Assembly (NCBI GenBank): GCA_946186185.1
Contig: CAMHMJ010000012.1
Span: forward strand, 4,220 to 68,219
From: an uncultured Treponema sp.
GTDB taxonomy: Bacteria; Spirochaetota; Spirochaetia; Treponematales; Treponemataceae
Length of the DNA stretch: 64,000 nucleotides
Reading direction: 5' to 3'
In this document: piece after piece, positions 17,580 to 27,800 of the stretch
Layout of the letters: every line of letters starts with the position of its first letter
How positions within the stretch are numbered: position 1 is the first letter of the stretch
Notes under the pieces: generated by a model
The model's database searches: none
Told to the model about the DNA's origin: nothing
What the model saw: the letters and a program-made list of their open reading frames with translations, nothing else
Program-made: the position numbers and the translations under genes

Positions 17580-18136
17580 TTTTTACATTTTTCTTTTATA
17601 CAGTTTTTTCTTCCGCAGTTTTGCTTTACGGGATCGGATTAAACACTGCCACAATCGTTTGTGATTCACTAAAAGAACTGACTCTTCCTCTGGTAAAGAT
17701 TGTGGGAACCGTTATTTCTTCTACCGTTCTTTCCTGGATTATTATACGCCATATTCTGATACCGCTTCATATTGTTCTGATGTACCCCCTGATTTCAATA
17801 CTTATTTATTTTGCTTTAAGTGTGTTTTTCGAGGTTTTAATCAGAATAACCACTGGTAAAATAACTTCTGAATTCAATTTTTCATTCCTCATAACACTTC
17901 TTGCCCTGAATGAAAGTACAAGCATTCTTGATGTACTCATGATTTCTTTTTCCGCAATGTGTTCTTTCTTTCTGCTGTTACCTCTTATGTATTCGTTAAA
18001 GAAGAGGATCGATGTTTTGAGTGAAAGCCAGATTTACGGCAATAAAAAAGCTCTTGTCTTTCTTTCTGTTGCTCTTTTAATTTTAATTTTATCTTTTGCA
18101 AATGTTTCCTGGCTGAATCCGGGGGTTTTAAAGTGA
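17576..18136 (+). CDS. rnfA: RnfA-like (Rnf-Nqr family) membrane subunit
   Basis: SWIIIRHILIPLHIVLMYPLISILIYFA parallels RsxA [27 protein letters not shown]. 186 aa with about 6 TM helices. ATGA overlap with the upstream gene. Confidence 0.5.
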   Translation: MIFTFFFYTVFSSAVLLYGIGLNTATIVCDSLKELTLPLVKIVGTVISSTVLSWIIIRHILIPLHIVLMYPLISILIYFALSVFFEVLIRITTGKITSEFNFSFLITLLALNESTSILDVLMISFSAMCSFFLLLPLMYSLKKRIDVLSESQIYGNKKALVFLSVALLILILSFANVSWLNPGVLK

Positions 18137-18756
18137 TTTTAAAAATTATTCTCTTAGTTTTATTGATGATTATTCTGGCTCTTCTTCTTTTTTTCCTTTC
18201 CTGTATTCTGGTTCCAGCAGTAAAGGAGCAGACACGGATCAAAGATAATATTATGTTTTCTAAGATTGAACACAAATTTGATAAGCTTAATGAAAACGAA
18301 ATTTCCGGCATTTCTGAAGAGAATCATGAAAAAATGAAAGCCGTTGTTTTATGTTCCTGCAACAAAAACTTCCAGCGACAGAAAAATGTAAAAGTCCTTT
18401 CCAGCCAGAGCTGCAGTCTGCTTTACAGTCAGTATGGTTCTGTGAATTTCTGTTCGTTTTCATGTCTGGGCATGGGGGACTGTAAAAAAATCTGTCCTCA
18501 GAAGGCCATTGAAATAAAAAACAGTACAGCCGTAATCACAGAGCTTTGTTCAGGCTGCGGAAAATGCGTTTCCGCCTGTCCAAAGGGAATAATAAAGCTT
18601 GTTCCGGTTACTCAGGAAAAAATTGTTGTATGTTCAAATCCGGACGACACATTTACAACCTGTTCTGCTTTCAAAAATGAAGAAAAAATTGAGCGTTCCT
18701 CAAAAAAACGCTTTAAAATGTGGCAATATTGCTATAAACTTTTAACCAAAAAATAG
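18133..18756 (+). CDS. rnfB: RnfB-like iron-sulfur subunit (N-terminal TM helix plus ferredoxin-type domains)
   Basis: AVVLCSC...CSLLYSQYGSVNFCSFSCLGMGDCKKICPQKAIEI...CSGCGKCVSACPKGIIKLVP...VVCSN follows the RnfB pattern (C.YGCLG.GDC...CP..AI ... C.GCG.C...CPK.li.l). GTGA overlap with the upstream gene. Confidence 0.6.
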   Translation: MILKIILLVLLMIILALLLFFLSCILVPAVKEQTRIKDNIMFSKIEHKFDKLNENEISGISEENHEKMKAVVLCSCNKNFQRQKNVKVLSSQSCSLLYSQYGSVNFCSFSCLGMGDCKKICPQKAIEIKNSTAVITELCSGCGKCVSACPKGIIKLVPVTQEKIVVCSNPDDTFTTCSAFKNEEKIERSSKKRFKMWQYCYKLLTKK

Positions 18757-18757
18757 T

Positions 18758-20767
18758 ATGTCTGTTTATGTATGTTTCAGCTTAAAGGCCTCTCTGATTG
18801 ATAAAAAATCAACCGATGTTCTTGAAAAGGAATATCAGTCCGTCTTCAAGCCGATTTTAAAATGTATGCTTTCTCATCCAAACTTAAGGATTTCCTTTTC
18901 TTTTACGGGAATTCAGATGGAATACTACAGACGAAAGCATTCTGAAATGTTCGAAATCTTACATGAACTGATACAGCGAAAACAGGCAGAAGTTTTAGGC
19001 GGCGGTTACTACGATCCGGTTTTCCCGTTGCTTTTCCCTCAGGATAGAACCGGCCAGATAGATTTACTTTCTTCTTCAATTCGTGAAACCACCGGAAAAA
19101 GGCCCCGCGGACTTTCATTGTGTGCAAGCGGCTGGGATTCCGGAATGCTTCCAAGCCTTTCATCCTGTGGCATGGAATATGTTCTCCTTGATGAATCCTT
19201 AATTCCTCCTGAAAAAAACAAGTCCATTCCACTTATCATGAGCGACAAGGGAAAAAGCATAATAATTCTTCCTGTATTTACCTCGATTAAAAATTCCTGC
19301 TTTGAATCAGCTGCTTCTTTTATAGAACAGGCGGATATTTTTGTAAAAAAAGGAATGAAAAATCTCCCTTCCCAGGAGCTTGCTTCAGTCTGTACCAGCG
19401 GGATAACCCTTCAGTTTTCTACGGATGAGTTTAAAACTCTTCTTGAACGGAAATTTTTCGAAGAAATATCAGATATTGTTTCAGCAGAGGAAAGTGAATA
19501 TAAAACAGGAACCTGTTTTCAGTTTGTGAAAGCTTCATTTTACAAGGAACCGGTTTACATCGCTGCCGGACTTTCCAAAGAAATAAGCCAGTGGGCTGTT
19601 AAACCATATCAGGCTGTAAAAAACTTAAAAAACAGCCTTACAATTTTTGACTTTTTTGAACTTTATCCTCAGAGCAGGGCGCTTTACGATAAAATGCTTT
19701 ATGTAAGTCTTCTGGTAAGCCAGAGTCACGGGGATAAAGCCAGAAAAAAGAACTCCAGGGAACAGCTCTGGGAAGCCCAGAATGGAAACGGATTTATCTG
19801 TACTTCCAAGGGCGCATTTGTAAATTCCAGCTTCCGCCAGAATGCCTACAGAATCCTGACGGATGTAGAAAAAACCTTAAGAAGCTGCAGCGAGTTTACG
19901 CCTTCCGTTTCAAGTTTTGATTACAACTCCGACGGTCTGAACGAATATGTCTGCCGTATGGATAACTATTTTTCCGAAATATCCCTTTTAGGCGGAGCCG
20001 TGCGTGAGTTGTGCCCCCTTCAGTCTTCCGGGAACTATGCAGACAGCCTTTCCCGCTCAATTGAGTTCGAAGGTGTAAGCGACGGTTATGACCGGGGACT
20101 TTTCGTGGACCATCTTTTTACTGAAGAAGAATTATCTTACTATCTGGATAATCTTCCAAGCGGTAACGGAATTTTCTCAAAGCTCTATTATTCTGAGGTA
20201 AAGTTTAATGCTTCCAGAAAGGAAATTTCCCTTGAAGTAAGTGCACTTTACAGAAAAAAGCAAAAGGTTACCCTCAGAAAAAAATATGTTCTTACAGCCA
20301 GCGGAATGATGATTCAGTATATTTTGAAAAATGAAAGCGATTCAAAACTTTCTGCAAAATTTGCCGTTGAATCAAGCTTTGCCCAGACCAATTTCCAGAA
20401 CACAGATTTTTCTGCCTACAAGCTGGAAATTATTCTTGACGGAGAAAAGCGGGAAGTGGACACAAAAAGCTCTTCAAAGGAGCTTAATTCCCGGGGAACC
20501 TTGAATAATGTTCAGGCATATTATCTTACTGATACAGATAATGAAATATCTTTTATGTTTGAACCGAACGAAGAAGCCGATCTTTCCTTTGTTCCGATTA
20601 TATTTAACCGCCCGGAATACATGACCGGAGAACTTATGAGTGCCGGAATGACTTTTGCAAATACCATGATCTGGAATGTAGAACTTGAAGCCGGCATGGA
20701 AATGGAAAAAACCATAAATTTCAGCATCTACAGCCAGCACAAAAAACGCACCCGGGTGAAGAAATAA
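18758..20767 (+). CDS. GH57-like (alpha-amylase / 4-alpha-glucanotransferase-type) domain protein, apparently lacking the catalytic signatures
   Basis: AEVLGGGYYDPVFPLLFPQDRTGQIDLL and the overall length and architecture resemble GH57 plus its C-terminal DUF domains. The HQP, WxxE and YWHG.FGG signatures are not seen (VCFSLKAS, GLSLCASGWD, EAQNGNGFICTSKG). It starts 2 nt after the RnfB-like stop. Confidence 0.5.
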   Translation: MSVYVCFSLKASLIDKKSTDVLEKEYQSVFKPILKCMLSHPNLRISFSFTGIQMEYYRRKHSEMFEILHELIQRKQAEVLGGGYYDPVFPLLFPQDRTGQIDLLSSSIRETTGKRPRGLSLCASGWDSGMLPSLSSCGMEYVLLDESLIPPEKNKSIPLIMSDKGKSIIILPVFTSIKNSCFESAASFIEQADIFVKKGMKNLPSQELASVCTSGITLQFSTDEFKTLLERKFFEEISDIVSAEESEYKTGTCFQFVKASFYKEPVYIAAGLSKEISQWAVKPYQAVKNLKNSLTIFDFFELYPQSRALYDKMLYVSLLVSQSHGDKARKKNSREQLWEAQNGNGFICTSKGAFVNSSFRQNAYRILTDVEKTLRSCSEFTPSVSSFDYNSDGLNEYVCRMDNYFSEISLLGGAVRELCPLQSSGNYADSLSRSIEFEGVSDGYDRGLFVDHLFTEEELSYYLDNLPSGNGIFSKLYYSEVKFNASRKEISLEVSALYRKKQKVTLRKKYVLTASGMMIQYILKNESDSKLSAKFAVESSFAQTNFQNTDFSAYKLEIILDGEKREVDTKSSSKELNSRGTLNNVQAYYLTDTDNEISFMFEPNEEADLSFVPIIFNRPEYMTGELMSAGMTFANTMIWNVELEAGMEMEKTINFSIYSQHKKRTRVKK

Positions 20768-20810
20768 GAAAATTCATGCAGGACGAATTCGGAGTTCTGA
20801 AAATCAATGC

Positions 20811-20984
20811 AAAATTGGCGTAAGCGGGGTTCTTGTTTTGAAGGCGCGACAAAGCGGAGCAAATGACAATGCTTGCATTGGCACTTGTGAAGCGACTCGT
20901 GACGGCCCATTGGGCAAAATATTCAGCCACCGCGAAGCGGTACTGCCGTTTTTCAAAACAAGGTTCCCGCTGAGAGCCAATTTT
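20811..20984 (-). repeat. Copy B of the ~174-bp TIR-bearing dispersed element, inverted relative to copy A
   Basis: The reverse complement aligns end to end with 1448-1621. The 109-nt core has 3 mismatches, and two short internal patches have diverged. Confidence 0.85.
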
Positions 20985-21096
20985 GGAATTTAAATTTTAC
21001 TCTCCGGATTTATCCTCGTATATTTTCTCCCTATCTTCCATAAAACCCTTAAAATCTTTATAATATTTTCACATTTTTTTACAGGAAGTATTACCG

Positions 21097-23424
21097 ATGA
21101 AAAGAAGACTTATTACTTCAGCATTGCCTTATGTAAACAATATTCCTCACCTTGGAAATCTTATTCAGATGCTTTCCGGCGACGTATTTGCCCGTTTCTC
21201 AAGAAGCCGGGGCTACGATACACTTTATATCTGCGGAACCGATGAATACGGAACAGCAACAGAAACAAAAGCCCTTGAAGAGAAGAAGACTCCGCGGGAG
21301 CTCTGCAACTATTACTATCAGGAACACACAAAAATTTACAAGTGGTTCCACATCAATTTTGATAAATTCGGACGCACCTCAAATGAGCAGTGTACTGAAA
21401 TAACCCAGTCGCTTTTTAACGACCTTGATAAAGCAGGTCTTATTCACGAACACACCAACAAGCAGCTTTTCTGTCCAAAGTGCAATATGTTCCTTGCAGA
21501 CCGCTATGTAGACGGAACCTGTCCGAAGTGCGGAAGTGAAAAAGCCCGTGGAGACCAGTGTGATGACTGCGGAAGCCTTCTGGATCCTGTAGAACTTAAG
21601 AATCCAAGATGCCACACCTGCGGTTCAACTCCTGAAGTTCGTGAAACAAAGCATCTTTACATCGACCTTCCAAAACTTTCTGATAAATTAAACGACTGGA
21701 TGGAAAAGACCAGTGTAGAAGGAAAATGGGCTGACAACGCCATCAATGTTACAAAAGCATGGATTCGTGACGGCTTGAACGAGCGTGCAATTACCCGTGA
21801 CTTAAAGTGGGGAATTCCTGTTCCAAAGGCAGGCTATGAAGACAAGGTTTTCTATGTATGGTTCAATGCACCAATCGGATATCTTTCCATTACAAAACAG
21901 CTGGCTGACGAGCTTACAAAATCCGGCCGTGAAAGCTTTGACTGGAAAAGCTGGTGGATTCCTTCAGAAAGTGAAGAAGCAAAGGGTAAGGAAGAAGTGA
22001 AACTTTTCCAGTTCATCGGAAAGGACAATATTCCGTTCCACACCGTAATTTTCCCTTGTACACTTCTTGGGTCTCCTCATGACTGGACAAAGCTCTACCA
22101 CATGTCTTCAACTGAATACATGAACTACGAAAGCGGAAAATTCTCTAAAAGTCGTGGAGTAGGTGTATTTGGTACGGACGCAATTGAGACCGGAATTCCA
22201 AGTGATGCATGGCGTTTCTATATTTTCTACAACAGACCTGAAAAACAGGACTTCCAGTTCACCTGGAAAGATTTCATGGAAAAGATGAATTCCGAACTCA
22301 TCGGAAACCTTGGAAATCTTGTAAACAGGACCCTGCTTTTCGTAAATAAGTATTATGAAGGAAAAATCCCTGACGCTCCGGTAGATGAAGAACTCTGGAA
22401 GGAAGTTCGTGCCCTTGAAGAAAAAATTACTGAAGAACTTGAATGGGCAAACCTTAAGGACGCATTCCATCTTTGTTTTGAAATTGCCGACATCTGTAAC
22501 AAAAGGTTCCAGGCAGCAGAGCCGTGGAAGACACGCACAACGGAGCCTGAAAAAGCTGCAAGCCTCATTCATAACCTGTGTTATGTAATTAAAGACCTTA
22601 TGATTATGATGAACCCGTACATGCCGGAATACACTCAGAAAATTATGAGCTATTTTGGAAAGGCTGTAAGGGAAACTAAAGTAGGGGCTCCGGTTATCGA
22701 AGGACTTACCTGGGACGATTTGGGAAAAACTGAAGGTCTTTGTGAAGTTTCTCCTGTTGAAGTATTCTTCCGTCCTCTTGATGTAAAAACAATGACCAGC
22801 TTCCGTGAAAAATTCAGCGGTACTCAGAATGCCCAGAATCAGAAGGAAAATAAGAAAGAAGGCAAGAAAGAGCAGAAAAAAGCTGCAAAAAAAGAAGAGC
22901 CGGAAATTCTTCCTTTTGAAAAACAGGCAGAACATTTTAATAAAAATATCCGCCTTAAGGTAGCAAAGGTTGTAAAAATCGAAAGAAACCCTGATTCAGA
23001 TAAGCTTTATATTGAACATCTTGATGACGGAAGCGGGGAAGACCGTGTAATTCAGTCAGGTCTTGTTCCGTATCTTAAGGAAGATGAAATCTTAGGAAAG
23101 AATGTAATTATTGCGGACAATCTTGCTCCTCGAAAGATGCGCGGAGTTGAAAGCCGGGGAATGCTTCTTGCAGCCGATTACACAAAGGCCGACGGTTCAG
23201 AAGGTGTTGAACTCCTTACTGCTCCATGGGCAAATCCGGGAACTGTTGTTGTTCTTGAAGGCGAAGCAGATTCTTCTGAAAAGCCTGAAAACATTGATGC
23301 AGGACTTTTCTTCCAGATTGAAATTAAGGTTCAGGATAAAAATGTTACTGTAGGCGGAAAAAAACTTTCTGCCGATGGAAAAACTCTTACAACAGAACTT
23401 ACCGTAAACGGTGATGTTCACTAA
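21097..23424 (+). CDS. metG: Methionine--tRNA ligase with C-terminal EMAP/Trbp111-type tRNA-binding domain
   Basis: ALPYVNNIPHLGNL (HIGH-type motif), KFSKSRG (KMSKS motif), zinc knuckles CPKCN..CPKCG / CDDCG..CHTCG, a Lys-rich linker, and C-terminal VAKVVKIERNPDSDKLYIEHLDDG. Confidence 0.95.
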   Translation: MKRRLITSALPYVNNIPHLGNLIQMLSGDVFARFSRSRGYDTLYICGTDEYGTATETKALEEKKTPRELCNYYYQEHTKIYKWFHINFDKFGRTSNEQCTEITQSLFNDLDKAGLIHEHTNKQLFCPKCNMFLADRYVDGTCPKCGSEKARGDQCDDCGSLLDPVELKNPRCHTCGSTPEVRETKHLYIDLPKLSDKLNDWMEKTSVEGKWADNAINVTKAWIRDGLNERAITRDLKWGIPVPKAGYEDKVFYVWFNAPIGYLSITKQLADELTKSGRESFDWKSWWIPSESEEAKGKEEVKLFQFIGKDNIPFHTVIFPCTLLGSPHDWTKLYHMSSTEYMNYESGKFSKSRGVGVFGTDAIETGIPSDAWRFYIFYNRPEKQDFQFTWKDFMEKMNSELIGNLGNLVNRTLLFVNKYYEGKIPDAPVDEELWKEVRALEEKITEELEWANLKDAFHLCFEIADICNKRFQAAEPWKTRTTEPEKAASLIHNLCYVIKDLMIMMNPYMPEYTQKIMSYFGKAVRETKVGAPVIEGLTWDDLGKTEGLCEVSPVEVFFRPLDVKTMTSFREKFSGTQNAQNQKENKKEGKKEQKKAAKKEEPEILPFEKQAEHFNKNIRLKVAKVVKIERNPDSDKLYIEHLDDGSGEDRVIQSGLVPYLKEDEILGKNVIIADNLAPRKMRGVESRGMLLAADYTKADGSEGVELLTAPWANPGTVVVLEGEADSSEKPENIDAGLFFQIEIKVQDKNVTVGGKKLSADGKTLTTELTVNGDVH

Positions 23425-23447
23425 TAGTTTCAAAGGCGTTTTTATCT

Positions 23448-24791
23448 ATGTTTAAATTCACTATTGAAAAGCTTGAGAAGAGAACTGTCACAAATGAGGG
23501 CAGTTTTCTTCAGACACCCTTCTGGACGGATTTTAAACAGAATCACGGCTGGAAGGCTTATACCTTTAAGGTTCATACAGAATACCCTGAAAAAGATCCT
23601 TTCTATGAAGAAGAAAATCCAGAAGAAACAGGCGTCTCTTCATCAGGAGAAAATTGTTCTTCCGGAGCAGCCTGTTCCAACGGCTCAAAAATTATGCTTC
23701 AGAAAAACAGCGAAGATTTTGAACTTACAGTTTTGAACCGCTCTTTCTGTAAGGGATTTTTCTCATTGAACTATGTTCCTCTTGTTCCTTCCTTGCCCTA
23801 TAAGTGTACGGATAATAAAGAATTTGACACGGCTCTTTCAACAGACTCGGAAAATTCAAAAGAGGGAACAGAAGTTATCACAATGAAAGGGGAACCAGTC
23901 ACTGCCGAAACTCAGACAATCGAGTTTGCTTCTTTTTTGTCAGAGCTTTCAGGAGCCCTAAGAACCTTTTTACCAAAAAATTCTCTTTTCATTCGCTTCG
24001 ATCCTGATATAGGTTTTGATAATGTAGAAGAACGCTCTTCCTTTAATTTTGGTATGCAGCTTGTAAGCTATGCCGACAGACTGAAGCTCTACAAGGCTAA
24101 AAACGATATCCAGCCGCCGGATACAACCCTTGTTGATTTAACGCCTTCTAAAGAAGAAATCCTCAACAAGATGCATTCAAAGTGGCGTTACAATATCCGC
24201 CTTGCTCAGAAAAAAGGCGTTGTTGTAGAAAAATATACTGGAAATTCTATCAACTTGTCTGAAAAAGTAGACATATTTTATGAATTAACAAAAGAAACCA
24301 ACGCCAGAGACGGAAATTCAAGCCACGCAAAGGAATATTATAAAGACCTGCTGGTTCGTTCTGCAAAGGAACTTCAGGAGGGAAAAGACTGTCCTGAAGT
24401 TTCTCTTTATATTGCAAGTTCAGAGGGTGATGAAATTGCTTCCATAATTACGCTGTTTTCAAAAACTGAAAGCGTGTATCTGTACGGAGCCTCTTCAAAC
24501 AGAAAACGAAATCTGATGCCTAACTATCTTTTGCAGTGGACTGCCATAAAGGATGCAAAGGCCTACGGAAGCTCTTATTACGATTTATACGGCCTTCCTC
24601 CTGAAGGAAAGGATGAAAAACATCCGATGCACGGTTTGTATCTGTTCAAATCAAATTTTGGCGGAAAAATGCTTCACAGAACAGGAAGCTGGGACTATCC
24701 GTATAAATATTTTTACAGATTTTATAGAATTGCAGAAAACCTGAGGGCTTTCTGGCATAAAAAAGTTGTAAAGAAAATGAAACACAGGTAA
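23448..24791 (+). CDS. FemAB-family peptidoglycan cross-bridge aminoacyltransferase
   Basis: FLQTPFWTDFKQNHGWKA, KWRYNIRLAQKKGV, YLYGASSN..RNLMPNYLLQWTAIKDAKAYGSSYYDLYGL and GLYLFKSNFGG match the FemAB/FemX pattern. It contains a Ser/Gly/Cys-rich insertion near residue 60-90. Confidence 0.8.
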   Translation: MFKFTIEKLEKRTVTNEGSFLQTPFWTDFKQNHGWKAYTFKVHTEYPEKDPFYEEENPEETGVSSSGENCSSGAACSNGSKIMLQKNSEDFELTVLNRSFCKGFFSLNYVPLVPSLPYKCTDNKEFDTALSTDSENSKEGTEVITMKGEPVTAETQTIEFASFLSELSGALRTFLPKNSLFIRFDPDIGFDNVEERSSFNFGMQLVSYADRLKLYKAKNDIQPPDTTLVDLTPSKEEILNKMHSKWRYNIRLAQKKGVVVEKYTGNSINLSEKVDIFYELTKETNARDGNSSHAKEYYKDLLVRSAKELQEGKDCPEVSLYIASSEGDEIASIITLFSKTESVYLYGASSNRKRNLMPNYLLQWTAIKDAKAYGSSYYDLYGLPPEGKDEKHPMHGLYLFKSNFGGKMLHRTGSWDYPYKYFYRFYRIAENLRAFWHKKVVKKMKHR

Positions 24792-24849
24792 TAGAAAAAA
24801 CTGCCTGAAAAGAATATTTTCTTTTACTAAATCGATTTTATGATATACA

Positions 24850-27800
24850 ATGAATTCATTGATGACAGAGATAGACGATTACATTGAACTTATAAAAACA
24901 TTTATATTGAACTCAGACGAGTCTGTCCTATATCTCGCACTTAATCAATCCCTGATGAATGAAATTCCTGTTCGCCTGGGGGAGGATTTTTTTGTCCGTG
25001 ATTTAAAGAACGATATTACTCCTCTAAAACCTTTTTTTTCGATTATTCAAGACATGTCATTAAGTGAAAAACAGATTAAATCCCATTTTTATTCACTTCA
25101 GATGACGCCGGTAAAAACCTATTTAAAGACAGGATTTGCAGAAGAAAGGGAAGACCCGATTTTTGAGCAGGAGTTCTTCTATGAAACCTGCCGCATGCTG
25201 GATTCCGTTGTAAACATTGTAAACGATTACACTGACAAAAATTACATCTTTTTGAATGCTCAGTTTATGTTTGAAGAGTCTTTTAATATTTTAAAAAGGC
25301 TTGAAAAATCAAAGCTGAACGGAAAGCTTATTTTCTGCTTCGATTCAATCAATTCTGAATTCACATCTCCTTCAGTCAGTTCCTTTATGGACAGAATTGG
25401 TAACAAGAGAAATTTCCTTCACATAATCGTAAATGAAAATTTAAAAGAAATATCTGATAAAAATAATTTTATGGATTCAGATAATTTCAGTCATACCACC
25501 TCGTACAAGGAGCTGATTTCCTTTGACAACATCCATGCTCTTTTAAAAAATTACCGTCTTCTGTGTTCCTATGAGCAGGCAAAGGACTTCTGTGACTGGA
25601 CAACTAAAATCCTTCAGAGAGCTTCCTTTAATCATATCCAGAAGAGAAATATCTATAAGGAAATTGCCCAGATTTATTACGAAACAGGGAACCCGGATGA
25701 GGCGGTTCTGTTCCTGAATAATATTATTGATTACGAATATGATGATGAACTTGAAGTCTGGGCTTACTACTATATGGCCAGAGTTTTCTCTAAGAAAAAG
25801 GCTAACAGTATCGCCCAGAAATATGCGATTTTAACCCAGCAGAAGCTTCAGGAACAGAAAGATTCTCCATTGTATGCTCTAAGCATCATGATGGAGTATT
25901 TTGTAATAAACAGCATAAAAAGCCATAATCTTACGGAAAAATATCGGGAAGCTCTCCGCTATCTTGAAAAAGCCGGTCTGATAAACAGTTTTGTTGCAAC
26001 CGCCGTAAAAATTCCATGGAACCTTATCATAAATCCAAATGAAAAAGAATATCTTTTTTCAATTCTGGATAAGTGTTTTAAATATTCAAAGCAGCTGAAC
26101 AACAAGCATCTCTATTCCTCTAGCTGTCACTGGAAGGCAATCGTTCTTTCACACAATGGCGGAAGAGACGAAGCAATGAAGTATCTGGATGAATGTAACA
26201 AAATCCGAACTGAAATTGGTGAAATCGGACCTTTGCTTGCCATCAGAAACGGACTTGCCTACGAATCCTTAAACCGCGGCTATTATATTAAAGCCTATGA
26301 AACAGTAAACGAAATAAGTGAACTTTTGTACAAGGTAAAGGATTTTTCAACTATAATTGATACCTTAAAGAATTTAAGTTATGCAATTTTCTACACAAGA
26401 AACTATGAAGTGGCAGACAATATCCTGTCCATCATTATGTATTTCTTAAATCTCTTTTCTCTTACGAGCTCTGCAAATAATTCCTTTTTGCCTTCGGTAA
26501 ATGATATTTTGATTTACCGTTCTTTAATTGCCCTGGATGCAAACGATTTCATTCATGCAAAAATGAATTACCTTTCAATTACACAGAATTCAATCAATAT
26601 TGCCTCCGTGGATAAGCCGCTTCTTCATTTCATCCGTTCCATTCTTCTTCTTGAAGAAAAAAATTATGATGAATCCATAAAGGAGTTTCAGGCAGGTCCC
26701 GACGAATACTACGAACTGAATGAAAATCAGGAACACAAGGTTGTGTACATGTATTTTGAATACGCAAAATACCTTTCACGCTTTGGATATATGAAGGAAG
26801 CCGTAGAAGTTCTTGAGGAAGGCTTTAAGCTTGCAAAAAAGTTTAATTTTACCTATTACACTAAAAATAAAGATAAAATTACCATGAAGGACTATCTTAC
26901 CGGGGTAGAAGAAATAAAGCCGGTAAAAATCAGCATGCAGTTTCTGGTTGAAAAAGCGGAAAAAGACAAGCTTTTGAACCAGCTCCACGGCCGTATTCAT
27001 GAATATCAGTTCTTAAATAAGATCCGAAGCTACAATTCCGATAATACGGGAATAAAGAAATACCTTGAGAAGGTTTCCAGCGCAATTTCAGAATATACCA
27101 TGACCAAGCGCATTATAATTGCTGAAAACGTGGATGGAAACTGGAAACGCCTCTACAATATTTCACAGGCGGGAGAAAAGCCTCTGCAGGATTCCATCAT
27201 GTCTGATTTGTTCTCAAAGGCATTGAGTCATGATGACTGCCAGCTTTTCTATGATTCAGATCTTGAAGTATATGTAAGTAACCTTTCAAAATACGATTTC
27301 TGCGGTGCAATAATTATTGTCCCGGGACAGCTGGGGCTTTTAGATTCTGAAACCATAAATATTTTGAACATCAGCCTAACAAATATTCAGGCAAAAATCG
27401 TTATGGTTCGTCAGAACGAGCATCTTCTGTTCGTTTCATCAACGGACCAGCTCAGTCTTTTGAAGAACAGGCATTCTCTGGAAGAGCACCTTTCAATGGA
27501 AAGCGAACGAATTTCCCGTTTCTTTACCAGAAAAAAGGTTCTTCTTCAGTTTACAATCGGTTTTATCGATCTGGATAACTTTAAATACTACAATGACACC
27601 TTTGGTCATGCCTCAGGTGACTATTTCATTAAGCTTTTTGCTTCTCTTTTGAAAACAACCCTTCGAAAAATCGACTTTATAGCCCGTTTTGGTGGCGATG
27701 AATTCGTTCTTGTAATGAGTGATACAAATATTGAGGAAGGACGGCATGTTTACAGAAGAATTCAGGAAGGGCTTGAAACCGCCGGCTTCTTTATTCCGTA

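Noticed and set aside
20985-21096. Possible T-box or other leader upstream of metG
   Set aside because: I could not find a specifier-loop/T-box consensus or a convincing terminator-antiterminator pair. Only a weak TTCCAT-N17-TATAAT promoter-like match is visible, which is too weak to report as a feature.
22108-22935. 275-aa ORF on the minus strand
   Set aside because: It lies entirely antisense within the strongly supported metG CDS. Its translation is Phe/Leu/Lys-rich low complexity typical of the antisense frame of an AT-rich gene.
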